Assembly: GCA_963832165.1 (NCBI GenBank)
Contig: CAWHTE010000004.1
Coordinates: 480,001-544,000, forward strand
Direction of reading: 5' to 3'
Length of the DNA stretch: 64,000 bases
DNA from: an uncultured delta proteobacterium
Lineage (GTDB): Bacteria > Myxococcota_A > UBA9160 > SMWR01
This document shows, one piece after another, positions 53,574-63,985 of this stretch. Each line of letters starts with the position of its first letter. Position 1 is the stretch's first letter. A model generated the notes under the pieces. That model made no database searches. It saw nothing but the letters and a program-made list of their open reading frames with translations, and was not told the origin of the DNA. Both the position numbers and the translations under genes were made by a program.

Positions 53574-54935
53574 ATGAACATCGACAAGATCCGCGCGCGG
53601 CTCGATCATCCGATCATCGACTCGGACGGCCACCTGATCGAGTACCTGCCCGTCGTGCGGGACATCCTGCGCGAGCAGGCCGGCGACGCGGCCGTGAAGG
53701 GCTTCGACTTCGTGACGTCGGCGGGGCAGTTCATGCGCACGCTCACGCCCGAGCAGATGCGCGCGCAGGCGTTCGTGCGCTCGCCGTGGTGGGGGCTGCC
53801 CGCGCGCAACTCGCTCGACCGCGCGACGGCGCTGCTGCCCGCGCTGCTCGCGGAGCGCCTCGACGAGATCGGCATCGACCACGCCGTCCTCTACCCGACC
53901 TACGGCCTCGTGCCCGTGAACCTCGACGACGGCGATCTGCGCCGCGCGTCCGCGCGCGCGTTCAACACTTTCTATGCCGAGGAGTTCCGCGACCACCGCG
54001 CGAAGCTGACGCCGGTCGGCGTCATCCCGATGCACTCGCCCGAGGAGGCGCTCGCGGAGATCGAGCACGCGACGAGCGTGCTCGGCCTCGACGCGTTCAT
54101 GTTCGGCGGTCCGATCCTGCGCCCCACGCCCGGCGTCGAGCACCGCGCCGGGCGCTGGCTCGACACGCTCGGCGTCGACAGCCTCTACGACTACGACCCG
54201 GTCTGGGCGCGCTGCGCCGAGCTCGACATCTCCCCCACGTTCCACACGCCGTCGATGGGCTGGGCGACCCACTCCTCGCCCACGAGCTACGTCTACAACC
54301 ACATCGGAATGTTTGCGGCGGGCGGCGAGGCGGTGGCGCGCTCGCTGTTCCTGGGCGGCATTCCCCACCGCTTCCCGACGCTGCGCTTCGCGTTCCTCGA
54401 GGGAGGCGTCGCGTGGGGAGCGAGTCTCTACTCGGGGCTCGTCGGGCACTACGAGAAGCGCAACCGCGAGGCCGTGCAGCACTACAACCCGGCCCATCTC
54501 GACCGCAGGGTCCTGATCGAGCTGTTCAGCAAGTACGGCTCCGAGCGCTACCGCGCGCGGCTCGACCAGCTCGAAGACGGCCTGCGCTTCCTGTCCGATC
54601 CCGACGAGACGAACCTCGACGAGTTCGCGCAGTCGGGCGTCGAGAGCGCCGCGGACATCAAGCGGATGTTCACGGAGCGCTTCTACTTCGGCTGCGAGGC
54701 CGACGATCCGCTGACCGCGGTCGCGTTCGACACCGATCGCAATCCGCTCGGCGCGACGCTCAAGCCGATCTTCGCCTCCGACATCGGGCACTGGGACGTG
54801 CCCGACATCCGCGAGGTGCTGCCGGAGGCCTGGGAGCTCGTCGAAGACGGGCACATCGACGAGGCGGCGTTCCGCGCGTTCACGTGCGACAACGCGCTCG
54901 CGCTGTGGCCGCAGTTGCGCAGGCACTTCGATTAG
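53574..54935 (+). CDS. amidohydrolase_2 family protein
   Basis: IIDSDGHLIE, AVLYPT, YDPVWA, FAFLEGGVAW, YFGCEADD and FASDIGHWDVPD motifs. Confidence 0.9.
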   Translation: MNIDKIRARLDHPIIDSDGHLIEYLPVVRDILREQAGDAAVKGFDFVTSAGQFMRTLTPEQMRAQAFVRSPWWGLPARNSLDRATALLPALLAERLDEIGIDHAVLYPTYGLVPVNLDDGDLRRASARAFNTFYAEEFRDHRAKLTPVGVIPMHSPEEALAEIEHATSVLGLDAFMFGGPILRPTPGVEHRAGRWLDTLGVDSLYDYDPVWARCAELDISPTFHTPSMGWATHSSPTSYVYNHIGMFAAGGEAVARSLFLGGIPHRFPTLRFAFLEGGVAWGASLYSGLVGHYEKRNREAVQHYNPAHLDRRVLIELFSKYGSERYRARLDQLEDGLRFLSDPDETNLDEFAQSGVESAADIKRMFTERFYFGCEADDPLTAVAFDTDRNPLGATLKPIFASDIGHWDVPDIREVLPEAWELVEDGHIDEAAFRAFTCDNALALWPQLRRHFD

Positions 54936-54943
54936 TAGTTCGC

Positions 54944-55317
54944 GTAGGGCGGGAAAGCGGAGCGCATCCCGCCAGGCAGCGATCGCGACGAGTGCTGCGG
55001 CTGCAACGGCGGGATCCGCCTTCGGCTCCTCCCGCCCTACGTGGGGCGGGATCGGCGAACCACCACCGAGATTCGTAGGGGGATCGGCGAACGTGCGGGG
55101 ACCGAGCGGCATCCACCACCGTAGGGCGGGAGAGCGCAGCGATCCCGCCATCCTCTGGGCAGGCTGTTCGAGTATGGCGGGAAAGCGGAGCGCATCCCGC
55201 CAGGCAGCGATCGCGACGAGTGCTGCGGCTGCAACGGCGGGATCCGCCTTCGGCTCCTCCCGCCCTACGTGGGGCGGGATCGAGATTCGTAGGGCGGGAG
55301 AGCGCAGCGATCCCGCC
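54944..55317. repeat. BIME-like REP cluster with a ~110-bp internal direct duplication (54944-55054 / 55172-55282)
   Basis: Several GTAGGGCGGGA...TCCCGCC hairpins in both orientations next to the RAYT stop. Confidence 0.9.
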
Positions 55318-55320
55318 GTT

Positions 55321-55848
55321 TCATTCCATCCCCAGGGTTCGAAGCGCGTCGCTCGCCGACCAGTCCTTCGAATAGGAGCCTCGCTCTACGAAGCGGTGAA
55401 AACTCGAATGAGGCCAATCCAGCGGACGCTTCACGTGACCGTGCTTGACGGGGTTCCAGTGGACATAGTCCGCACAACGTTCGAAGTCCTCTTCGTCGCG
55501 AATCACATGTTCCCAGAAGCGCCGCTGCCAGATGCCTCGCTCCCCCTTGCGCCGCCTTCGCACAGATCGAGGCTCATCGCGAGTCATACGCGCCGAGAAG
55601 CGCGCTTTGATCTCATGCCAGCGCGAAGAGAAGTCCGAGTCCCCCGGTGGCAGCGTCCAGATGCAATGCAGGTGATCTGGAAGGACGACGATCGCGTCGA
55701 TCGTGAACGGCCGTCGCCGCTGTGCGCGCGCGAATACCTCGCGCAGAACACCGATATTTCTCGTCAACAGATCGAGTCGCCGGTCGAGAGCGACCACCGT
55801 GAAAAAGAACGTACCGCCGGGAACGAACGCGCGGATATAGCGGGGCAT
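55321..55848 (-). CDS. rayT: REP-associated tyrosine transposase (RAYT/TnpA-REP, HUH Y1 family)
   Basis: MPRYIR..VPGGTFFFTV, VVLPDHLHCIWTLP (HUH), IWQRRFWEHVIRDE and DYVHWNPVKHG...DWPHSSF motifs; flanked by inverted GTAG REPs. Confidence 0.93.
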   Translation of the reverse strand: MPRYIRAFVPGGTFFFTVVALDRRLDLLTRNIGVLREVFARAQRRRPFTIDAIVVLPDHLHCIWTLPPGDSDFSSRWHEIKARFSARMTRDEPRSVRRRRKGERGIWQRRFWEHVIRDEEDFERCADYVHWNPVKHGHVKRPLDWPHSSFHRFVERGSYSKDWSASDALRTLGME

Positions 55849-55982
55849 TGGCCGAGCGTATTTCGACCGGTCTTCGAGAGAAGTCGGAACGCGCTGCGCA
55901 TTCCGCTCATTGGTGGTGGAAAGCGCATTAACTGGCGGCAAGCCGCGCGGTGGGGCTCAAACCAACGTGCCGCGGCCGCAAC

Positions 55983-56015
55983 GGCGGGATCCGCCTTCGG
56001 CTCCTCCCGCCCTAC
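55983..56015 (-). repeat. REP upstream of RAYT
   Basis: Reverse complement reads GTAGGGCGGGAGGAGCCGAAGGCGGATCCCGCC. Confidence 0.9.
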
Positions 56016-56025
56016 GGCAAACAGG

Positions 56026-57153
56026 TCATTTCGCCATGTCGAGGAACTCGGCGAAGCCGTACTTGCGGTACGGCCCCAGGCAGATCTGCTCGAGCACGCC
56101 GACGCCCGTGCGGCCGCCGCAGGTCGCGCGCACGACCTGCTGGATGTGCTGGTTCTCGAGCGCCGTCTCGTCCACGTCGGCGACCTTCCAGCTCTCGGCG
56201 GCGTAGGCGAGCTCGCCCTTCCACTGGCCGTGTCCCCAGGTCGGGTGCGAATAGCCGATCCCCTTCATGCGGAAGCACAGCAGCGGCTCGAGGTCGATCA
56301 CCTGGAGCGCGCCGCTGCGCTCGTGCAGCGTGATCGTGGCATGCTGCGCGCGGCGCGTGCCCGGGATGTAGACGAGCTGCTCCTCGACGCGCGCGAGCGG
56401 CTCGGACGCGGGGTCCTCGACGCCGGGGATCTTCGCGGGGTCTTCGTAGGTGGGCACGAGCATGCCGTCCCAGTGCCAGTGCTCGCCGAACTCGTTCGCG
56501 AAGATGCCCGCGTGCGTGCAGCGGTCCTCCCACTGCAGCGGCGCCCACAGGAAGAAGATCTGCGGCACGCGCGTGGGCGGCGCGCTCGGTGCGGGGCTGC
56601 CGACCGGCCGCACGCCCCACGAGCGGTCCTTGGTGCCGTAGACGCGGCTCGGTTCGATCGCGCAGGTGCGCCCGTCGTAGCGGATCTCGCCCTGCCAGTA
56701 GCCGAACTGGTTGAAGCGCGTGGCCTCCATGCGCATCGTGGCGGTGCCTGCGCCGCCGCTCACCTGATGGCCTTCCTTGAAGTTGGCCGTGCGCGGGATC
56801 CAGAGCAGGTCGCACGAGAAGCCCGTGTCGTTCTCGGCGACGGTGACGCGCAGGCTCTTCATCGGCTCGAGGATCTCGATCCGGAACGGGCCCACCTCGA
56901 CCTCGCTCGGCTCGATCGGCGCGCGGCGCGACGCGTGGAAGGCGTGCTGCTCGCCGCCGCGCACGATCGAGACGCCGCAGTCCATGATGCCCAGGTTCGG
57001 GTACAGCGCCGCGCCCACCCCGAAGTAGAACTCGCCGTCGCGGTCGTAGCCGTTGAACCAGTAGCGGTCGTAATGGTGGCGGTCGGCGCTCACGGGCTGG
57101 CGCAGCGGGTGAGAGGTCTGGTGGATCGGGTAGTCGTCGAACTTGGAGAGCAT
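56026..57153 (-). CDS. hypothetical protein (beta-rich, possibly tocopherol-cyclase/AttH-like)
   Basis: MLSKFDDYPIHQT, YDRYWFNG, GTKDRSWGVRP and FFLWAP; host-like codon usage. The fold assignment is inference. Confidence 0.7.
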   Translation of the reverse strand: MLSKFDDYPIHQTSHPLRQPVSADRHHYDRYWFNGYDRDGEFYFGVGAALYPNLGIMDCGVSIVRGGEQHAFHASRRAPIEPSEVEVGPFRIEILEPMKSLRVTVAENDTGFSCDLLWIPRTANFKEGHQVSGGAGTATMRMEATRFNQFGYWQGEIRYDGRTCAIEPSRVYGTKDRSWGVRPVGSPAPSAPPTRVPQIFFLWAPLQWEDRCTHAGIFANEFGEHWHWDGMLVPTYEDPAKIPGVEDPASEPLARVEEQLVYIPGTRRAQHATITLHERSGALQVIDLEPLLCFRMKGIGYSHPTWGHGQWKGELAYAAESWKVADVDETALENQHIQQVVRATCGGRTGVGVLEQICLGPYRKYGFAEFLDMAK

Positions 57154-57258
57154 GGGGGGTAGGTGCCTCTCTGTAAGGGACTCCACTATACGGGAATCGC
57201 GCAGCTCGAGCCGTGTTCGCGCGCGTGCAACGTGCGCTAGGGTGGCGGTGGGTGGAGA

Positions 57259-58808
57259 GTGGCGCGGATCGTTCCCGAACAGTGGCTGCCCTGGGTGCGC
57301 GTAGCGGCCGTGCCGCTCACGGTCGCAGCTGCGAGCGCGCTCCACTTCGCGTCCGGGTCTGCCGTGATTGGCGAGCGACCCTATCTCGCGCTGTTCCTCG
57401 GCGTGCTGTTCACGGCCTGGTTCGGCGGGATCGGCCCGGCGCTCTTCGCGGCGTTGCTCTCCGCGCCGATGGGATTCTTCGTGCTGTACCCGGCCTCCGG
57501 GGGCGACGCGCCGTTCTTCTCGCTGACGATGTTCGTGGTGTTCTCGATCGTGCTCGCGGCAGCGCTCGACTCGTGGCGGCGCGCGCTGGATCGCGCGAGC
57601 GCTGCGCTCGTGCAGCAGCGCGCTCACGAGCGCGAGCTCCAGGCGGCGAAGGACGCGGCCGAGATCGCGAACCGCGCGAAGAGCCGTTTCTTCGCCACCT
57701 TGAGCCACGAGATCCGCACGCCCATGAATGCCGTGATCGGGATGTCGAGCGTGCTGCTCGACACGCAGCTCTCGTCCGAGCAGCGCGAGCTCGCACAGAC
57801 GATCCGCGGCTCGAGCGAGTCGCTGCTCACGCTGCTCAACGACGTGCTCGACTTCTCGAAGATCGAATCGGGCCGGCTCGAGCTCGAGAGCCAGCCGCTC
57901 GTGCTGCGCGAGTGTGTGGGGTCGGTGTTCGACCTGCTCCGCTCGGACGCCGCGCGCAAAGGGATCGAGCTTCACCATTCGATCGAGGGATCGGTTCCCG
58001 AAGCGATCACGGGCGACGCGACGCGGCTCCGGCAGATCCTCGTGAACCTGATCGGCAACGCGATCAAGTTCACCCCGCGCGGCGAGATCGCGCTCTCGGT
58101 GGCCTCCCGCGCGCTCGGAGAGCCGGGGTCGTTCGAGCTGCGCTTTGCGGTTCGCGACACCGGCATCGGCGTCCCGCTCGAGCGGCGCGGCGAGCTGTTC
58201 CAGTCGTTCACCCAGCTCGACGTGTCGAGCGAGCGGCGCGCGAGTGGCACCGGGCTCGGCCTCGCGATCTCGCGCGCGCTCGCCGAGGCGATGGGCGGGA
58301 CGATCTGGGTCGAGAGCGAGGGCGTCCCGGGCCGCGGCTCGACGTTCTACTTCACGATCCGAACGCGCGTCGGAACGGATCCGTGAGCGCGCCGACGAGC
58401 GCGCAGGCCGGGTCGGAGTTCGACGCGAGGCTCGCGCAACGGCGGCCACTGCGGATTCTCGTGGTCGAGGACAACGCCACCAACCAGCGCGTCGTGCAGC
58501 TGCTGCTGCAGCGCATGGGATACAAGCCGGACCTGGCCGGGAACGGCCGCGAGGCGGTCGAGGCGGTCGCGAACCAAACCTACGACCTCGTGCTCATGGA
58601 CATCGAGATGCCGGAGATGGACGGCGTCGAGGCGACGCGCCAGATCCGCGCGAGGGTGCCCCGCGACGCCCAGCCGCGGATCGTGGGAGTGACCGCGAAC
58701 GCCGCGCACGAAGACCGCGTGGCCTATCTGGCTGCGGGTATGGACGAGTGTCTCGCGAAGCCGATCCGGACCGCGGAGCTGCGCGCGGAGCTCGAGCGCG
58801 ACCTCTAG
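57259..58808 (+). CDS. membrane-bound hybrid histidine kinase (kinase 57259-58386 plus receiver 58383-58808; split probably by a frameshift)
   Basis: TM region; [34 protein letters not shown] and GTGLGLAIS; receiver [12 protein letters not shown]...[11 protein letters not shown]...AKP. Confidence 0.88.
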
Positions 58809-58817
58809 CGCGCGTGC

Positions 58818-59600
58818 TCACGGGTGCTGATTGCTGACGGCCACCACCTCGCCGGTCATGTACGACGCGTAGTCGCTCGCGAGGAAGACCATCACGTTGG
58901 CGATCTCCCAGGGCTCGGCCGCGCGCCCGAACGCCTCGCGCCCCACCAGCTCTTCGAGCAGGCCGTCGGGGGTGACCTTCGAGAGGAACTCGTGCATCGC
59001 GAGGCTCGGCGACACCGCGTTCACGCGCACGCCGGCCTCGGCGGCCTCGAGCGCCACGCAGCGCGTGAACGCCATCACGCCGGCCTTGGCCGCGGCGTAG
59101 TGCGCCTGTCCCTTCTGTGCGCGCCAACCCAGTACCGATGCATTGTTCACGATCGCGCCGCGCCGCCGCTCGAGCATGTGCGGCAGCACCGCGCGGGTCA
59201 TCCGGAACACCGACGTGAGCGTGACGTCGAGCACCTTGGACCACTGCTCGTCGGTCATCTCCACCACGGGCGCGAACCCGCCGAGACCCGCGTTGTTGAT
59301 CAGCACGTCGATGTGACCCAGCGCGGCGATCGCGCCTGCGATCAGCGCCTGCACCTGGCCCTCGTCGGTGACGTCGCAGCGCAGCGCGAGCGGGGTGGTG
59401 CCGTTCACCGAAGCGAGCGCTTCGCTCGCTTCGGAAAGCCGCCGTTCGTGCTGATCACTGATCAACACGAGGGCTCCTTCCTCGAGGCACCGTTTGGCCG
59501 CCGCGAACCCGATTCCAGTACCGGCCGCCGCCGTGACCACCACGGTCTTGCCCTGGAGCAGAGCGTGACCGAACGGTGCGATCGGAGGCGGGGAGGGCAT
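58818..59600 (-). CDS. ipdF: SDR oxidoreductase, IpdF/Rv3559c-like (HIP, steroid C/D-ring catabolism)
   Basis: VVVTAAAGTGIG, NNAGLGG, NNASVLGWRAQ, HYAAAKAG, EAFGRAAEPWE and C-terminal SNQHP, recalled as close to Rv3559c; synteny with fadE30/fadD3. Confidence 0.8.
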   Translation of the reverse strand: MPSPPPIAPFGHALLQGKTVVVTAAAGTGIGFAAAKRCLEEGALVLISDQHERRLSEASEALASVNGTTPLALRCDVTDEGQVQALIAGAIAALGHIDVLINNAGLGGFAPVVEMTDEQWSKVLDVTLTSVFRMTRAVLPHMLERRRGAIVNNASVLGWRAQKGQAHYAAAKAGVMAFTRCVALEAAEAGVRVNAVSPSLAMHEFLSKVTPDGLLEELVGREAFGRAAEPWEIANVMVFLASDYASYMTGEVVAVSNQHP

Positions 59601-59601
59601 G

Positions 59602-60789
59602 TCAGCTCGGCCGCGGCTCGCGCGGAAGGCCGAGCGCGCGTTCGGCGATGATGTTGCGCTGGATCTCGTTCGAGCCGGCGTAGATCGTCTCGGCGCGCGT
59701 GAACAGGAACAGCCGCTGCAGCGCGCCGAGCTGGTACGGGAACCCCTCGCCGATCTCCGCTTCGGGTCCGAGCACGTCCATCGCGAGCTTGCCGAGATTG
59801 CGGTGCCAGGTGGCCCAGTAGATCTTCGTGACGAGCGCGGCGGGAGGCAGCTCGCCGTCGGTGCGCGTGTCGGACAGAATGCGCAGCGCGTTGTAGCGCA
59901 TGATCTCGAGCCCGATCCACGCGTCGGCGAGGCGCTGGCGCAGCAGCGGATCCTGCGCCGCGCCGTTGCGCACCGCGATCGCGATGATCTCGGCGAGCTC
60001 GTTCTGGAACAGGATGTTCTGGCCCAGCGTCGAGGCACCGCGCTCGAATGCGAGCGTGCCGTTGGCGACGCGCCAGCCATCGCCGGGCTCGCCGACGATG
60101 TTCGCGGCGTCCGTGCGCGCGCCATCGAAGAACGTCTCGGAGAACTCGGCGGTGCCCGTGATCTGCGGAATCGGCCGGATCTCGACCCCCTTCTGCTTCA
60201 TCGGCACGAGCAGATAGGAGAGGCCGCGGTGCTTGGGTGCGCTGGGATCGGTGCGGCACAGCACGAAGCACCAGTGGGACCACTCGGACCACGACGTCCA
60301 CACCTTCTGCCCGTCGACCACCCACTCGCCACCTTCGAGCCGCGCGCGCGTCTGCACGTTCGCGAGATCGCTGCCCGCGTTCGGCTCGGAATAACCCTGG
60401 CACCAGAGCTCCTCGCCCGAGAGGATCTTCGGCAGGAAGCGACGCTTCTGCGCGTCGCTGCCGAACGCGATCAGCGTCGGGCCGAGCAGGTTCTCGCCGA
60501 TGTGCCCGATCCGGCCCGGCGCGCGCGCGCGCGCGTACTCCTCGTGAAAGATCACCTGGCGCGCGAGGCTCGCGCCCTTTCCGCCCACCTCGACCGGCCA
60601 GCCCAGCCCGATCCAGCCCGCTTCGCCGAGCCGCCGCTCCCAGGCGAGCCGCTCGTCGATGCACGCGGTCTCGTCGCCGGGACCGCCGCGGCCGCGCGCT
60701 ACCGCGAATGCGCCCGAGAGCTCGGCGCCGAGCCAGTCGGCCACCTCGCGGCGGAACGCCTCGTCGGCGGGGTCGAAGCGCAGATGCAC
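59602..60789 (-). CDS. fadE30: acyl-CoA dehydrogenase, FadE30/Rv3560c-like
   Basis: GGPGDE, EEYARARAP, RPIPQITGTAEF, LAFERGASTLGQ, WATWHRNLG and LFLFTRAETIYAGSNEIQRN motifs; synteny. Confidence 0.78.
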   Translation of the reverse strand: MHLRFDPADEAFRREVADWLGAELSGAFAVARGRGGPGDETACIDERLAWERRLGEAGWIGLGWPVEVGGKGASLARQVIFHEEYARARAPGRIGHIGENLLGPTLIAFGSDAQKRRFLPKILSGEELWCQGYSEPNAGSDLANVQTRARLEGGEWVVDGQKVWTSWSEWSHWCFVLCRTDPSAPKHRGLSYLLVPMKQKGVEIRPIPQITGTAEFSETFFDGARTDAANIVGEPGDGWRVANGTLAFERGASTLGQNILFQNELAEIIAIAVRNGAAQDPLLRQRLADAWIGLEIMRYNALRILSDTRTDGELPPAALVTKIYWATWHRNLGKLAMDVLGPEAEIGEGFPYQLGALQRLFLFTRAETIYAGSNEIQRNIIAERALGLPREPRPS

Positions 60790-60854
60790 GGAAGATCCTC
60801 GGCGAAAAATTACGATACGCTTCGGCTCGATAGCAACCAACCCGGGGAAGCGCC

Positions 60855-62437
60855 ATGAGCGATCCGGCCAGCGAACGAACACTGCCGCGGATGGTGGCCG
60901 CCGCAGTCGCGCGCTACGGCCCGCGTCCCGCGATCGAAGATGGCGACGTGCGGCTCACGTTCGACGAGCTCGACGCAGCGGGCTGGGCCGCCGCGCGCGC
61001 ATTCCTCGCCGAGGGCATCGCGCCGGGCGATCGCGTCGCGATCTGGGCGCCCAACGTCGCGGAGTGGGTGATCGCGGCGATCGGCGCGCAGCGCATCGGC
61101 GCGGTGCTGGTTCCGATCAGTACGCGCAACAAGGGTGCCGAGACCGCCTACGTGCTGCGGCAAGAGCGGCGCGCGCGCGCTGTGCACGATCGCGGGCTTC
61201 CTCGACACGGACTACGTCGGCATGCTCGCGGGCCACGATCTGCCCGCGCTCGAGCGGATCATCACGCTGCGCGGCGAGGCGCCCGGTGCGCAGCAGTGGC
61301 GCGAGTTCCTCGCCGGAGGCGAGCGTGTGCAGGAGGCGAGGGCGCGCGAGCTCGCCGACGCCGTGCGGCCGAACGATCTCGCCGACATGCTGTTCACGTC
61401 GGGCACCACGGGCAAGCCCGAAGGGCGTGCTCTGCGAGCACGGTCAGAACCTCGCGGCGTTCGAAGTGTGGTCGGGATGGGTCGGCGTGCGCGAGGGCGA
61501 TCGCTATCTCGTGGTGGCGCCGTTCTTCCATTCGTTCGGCTACAAGGCGGGCTGGCTCTCGGCGATCATGCGCGGCGCGACGATCTACCCGCACCCGGTG
61601 TTCGACGCGGAGCAGGTGTTGCAGCGGATCGAGCGCGAGCGGATCACGGTGCTGCCGGGCCCGCCCACGATCTACCAGTCGCTGCTCGCGGTGCCGGACC
61701 GGCGCAAGTACGACCTGTCGTCGCTGCGGCTCGCCGTGACCGGCGCCGCGGCGATCCCGGTCGAGCTCGTCCACCGGATGAAGGACGATCTCGGCTTCGA
61801 GACCGTGCTGACCGCGTACGGGCTCACGGAGTCGTGCGGCGTCGTCTCGGTGTGCGATCCGAGCGACGACGCCGAGACGATCGCCACCACCTCGGGCAAG
61901 GCGATCCCGGGTACCGAGGTGCGCTGCGTCGATCCCGACGGCAAGGAGGTGCCGCGCGGCCAGCCCGGCGAGATCTGGGTGCGCGGCTACAACGTGATGC
62001 GCGGCTACTTCGACGCGGAGGAGCAGACGCGCGAGGCGATCGACGCCGAGGGCTGGCTCCACACCGGCGACGTCGGCGTGATGGACGAGCGCGGCTACCT
62101 GCGGATCACGGACCGGATCAAGGACATGTTCATCGTGGGCGGGTTCAACTGCTATCCGGCCGAGATCGAGAACCTGATGTTCGCGCACGAGGCGATCGCG
62201 CAGGTGGCCGTGATCGGAGTCCCCGACGAGCGCATGGGCGAAGTGGGGATGGCGTTCGTGGTGGCGGCGCCCGGGCACGCGCTCACGGCCGAATCGCTCA
62301 GGGCCTGGTGCCGCGATGCGATGGCGAACTACAAGGTGCCGCGCACGATCGAGATCGTGCCTGCGCTGCCCGTGAACGCCGCGGGCAAGGTCGACAAGGT
62401 GGAGCTGCGCCGGCGCGCGGCCGAGAGCCGCGGGTGA
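60855..62437 (+). CDS. fadD3: FadD3-family acyl-CoA ligase (HIP-CoA synthetase-like; frameshifts near 61160 and 61420)
   Basis: LFTSGTTG.PKG, PFFHSFGYKAG, AVTGAA, TAYGLTE and KDMFIVGGFNCYPAEIE motifs; divergent from fadE30 as in mycobacteria. Confidence 0.78.
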
Positions 62438-63984
62438 ATAGGGAAGCGGGGATCTGGCAGCTCGTCGAGCAGCGCGCGGCCGCGACGCCGGACGCGCTGT
62501 TCGCGGTCGACGAGCGCGACCGCTCGCTCACGTTCGCGGCCTATCGCGACCGCGCGCTGCGCGTGGCGGCCGCGCTGCACGCGCGAGGGATCGCATCCGA
62601 CACGCCCGTGTCGTGGATGCTGCCCACCACGCTCGAGGCGCTCGTGCTCGCGGGTGCGCTCGCGCGGCTCGGCGCGGTGCAGAACCCGATCCTGCCGATC
62701 TACCGCGAGCGCGAGACGCGCTTCATCACGAAGCAGACGCGCGCGCGCCTGTTGTGCGTGCCCTCGGTGTTTCGCGGCTTCGACTACCCCGCGCTCGCGC
62801 AACAGCTCGCGTCGGAGCGCGGCGGCGGTCTCGACGTGCTGATCGTCGACGGATCGCTGCCCGAAGCGGATCCGGGCGCGCTGCCGCCGCCGCCCGCCGC
62901 GGCGGCGCCCGCGGACGCGCCCGTGCGGTGGATCCTGTTCTCGTCGGGAACGACCTCCGACCCGAAGGGCGCGCTCCACACCGACGCGAGCCTGATCGCG
63001 AGCTTCCGCGGGCTCGTGCGCGTGCTCGAGCTCACTCCCGAAGACCGACACGCATTCGTGTTTCCGCTCACGCACGTGGGCGGCATCGGGTGGTGGATCG
63101 CGGGACTGCTCGCGGGCTTCGCGCACATCGCGGTGGCGATCTTCGATCCGAAGCGAACGGTCGAGGTGCTCGCGCGCCATGGCGTGACCCAGGCGGGTGC
63201 GGGCACCGTCTTCCATCAGGCCTATCTCGCCGCGCAGCGCGAGCAGCCGGGCCGGCCGATCTTTCCGCGCGTGCGGGCATTCCCGGGCGGCGGCGCGCCG
63301 AAGGCGCCGCAGCTGCACTACGACGTGAAGCGCGAGCTCGGCGGGGTCGGGATCGTCTCGGGCTACGGGCTCACCGAATGCCCGATCGTCGCGATGAACA
63401 GCGTGCGCGATCCGGACGAGAGGCTCGCGAACAGCGAGGGCAGGGCGAATCCGCCCGAGCTCGAGATCCGCGTGGTGCGCCTCGACGGCGGTCGCGCCGC
63501 GCCGGGCGAGGAGGGCGAGCTGCGCGTGCGCGGCCCGCAGCTGTGCCGCGGCTACCTCGATGCGAGCCTCGACGCCGCCGCGTTCGACGAGGACGGCTTC
63601 TTCCGCACGGGCGATCTCGGCCGGCTCGACGACGGCTACGTCGTGATCACGGGCCGCACCAAGGACGTGATCATCCGCAAGGGCGAGAACATCAGCGCGA
63701 AAGAGATCGAGGACCTGCTCTACACGCATCCGAAGGTCGCGGACGCCGCGGTGATCGGATTGCCCGACCCGGCGCTCGGCGAGCGCTGCTGCGCCGTGGT
63801 CGCGTGCAAGGGCGATCCGCTCGGCTTCGAGGAAATGGTCGAATTCCTGAGCTCCAAGCAGCTGATGCGCCAGAAGATTCCCGAGCAGCTCGAGGTCGTG
63901 GCCGAGGTGCCGCGCAACGCCGCGGGCAAGATCCAGAAGCAGCTGCTGCGGGAGCAGCTCGCGCAGGCGTCGCGGCACGCCTGA
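62434..63984 (+). CDS. AMP-binding acyl-CoA synthetase
   Basis: FSSGTTSDPKG, SGYGLTECP, FRTGDLG, IIRKGENISAKEIE and PRNAAGKIQK motifs; the GTG overlaps the fadD3 stop. Confidence 0.9.
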   Translation: MNREAGIWQLVEQRAAATPDALFAVDERDRSLTFAAYRDRALRVAAALHARGIASDTPVSWMLPTTLEALVLAGALARLGAVQNPILPIYRERETRFITKQTRARLLCVPSVFRGFDYPALAQQLASERGGGLDVLIVDGSLPEADPGALPPPPAAAAPADAPVRWILFSSGTTSDPKGALHTDASLIASFRGLVRVLELTPEDRHAFVFPLTHVGGIGWWIAGLLAGFAHIAVAIFDPKRTVEVLARHGVTQAGAGTVFHQAYLAAQREQPGRPIFPRVRAFPGGGAPKAPQLHYDVKRELGGVGIVSGYGLTECPIVAMNSVRDPDERLANSEGRANPPELEIRVVRLDGGRAAPGEEGELRVRGPQLCRGYLDASLDAAAFDEDGFFRTGDLGRLDDGYVVITGRTKDVIIRKGENISAKEIEDLLYTHPKVADAAVIGLPDPALGERCCAVVACKGDPLGFEEMVEFLSSKQLMRQKIPEQLEVVAEVPRNAAGKIQKQLLREQLAQASRHA

Positions 63985-63985
63985 C

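Noticed and set aside
54944..55317. CRISPR array
   Set aside because: The repeats are hairpins in alternating orientation starting with GTAG, one spacer is duplicated, and the neighbour is a RAYT rather than cas genes. These are REPs.
60790..60854. KstR2 operator between fadE30 and fadD3
   Set aside because: No AnCAAGnnCTTGnT match on either strand.
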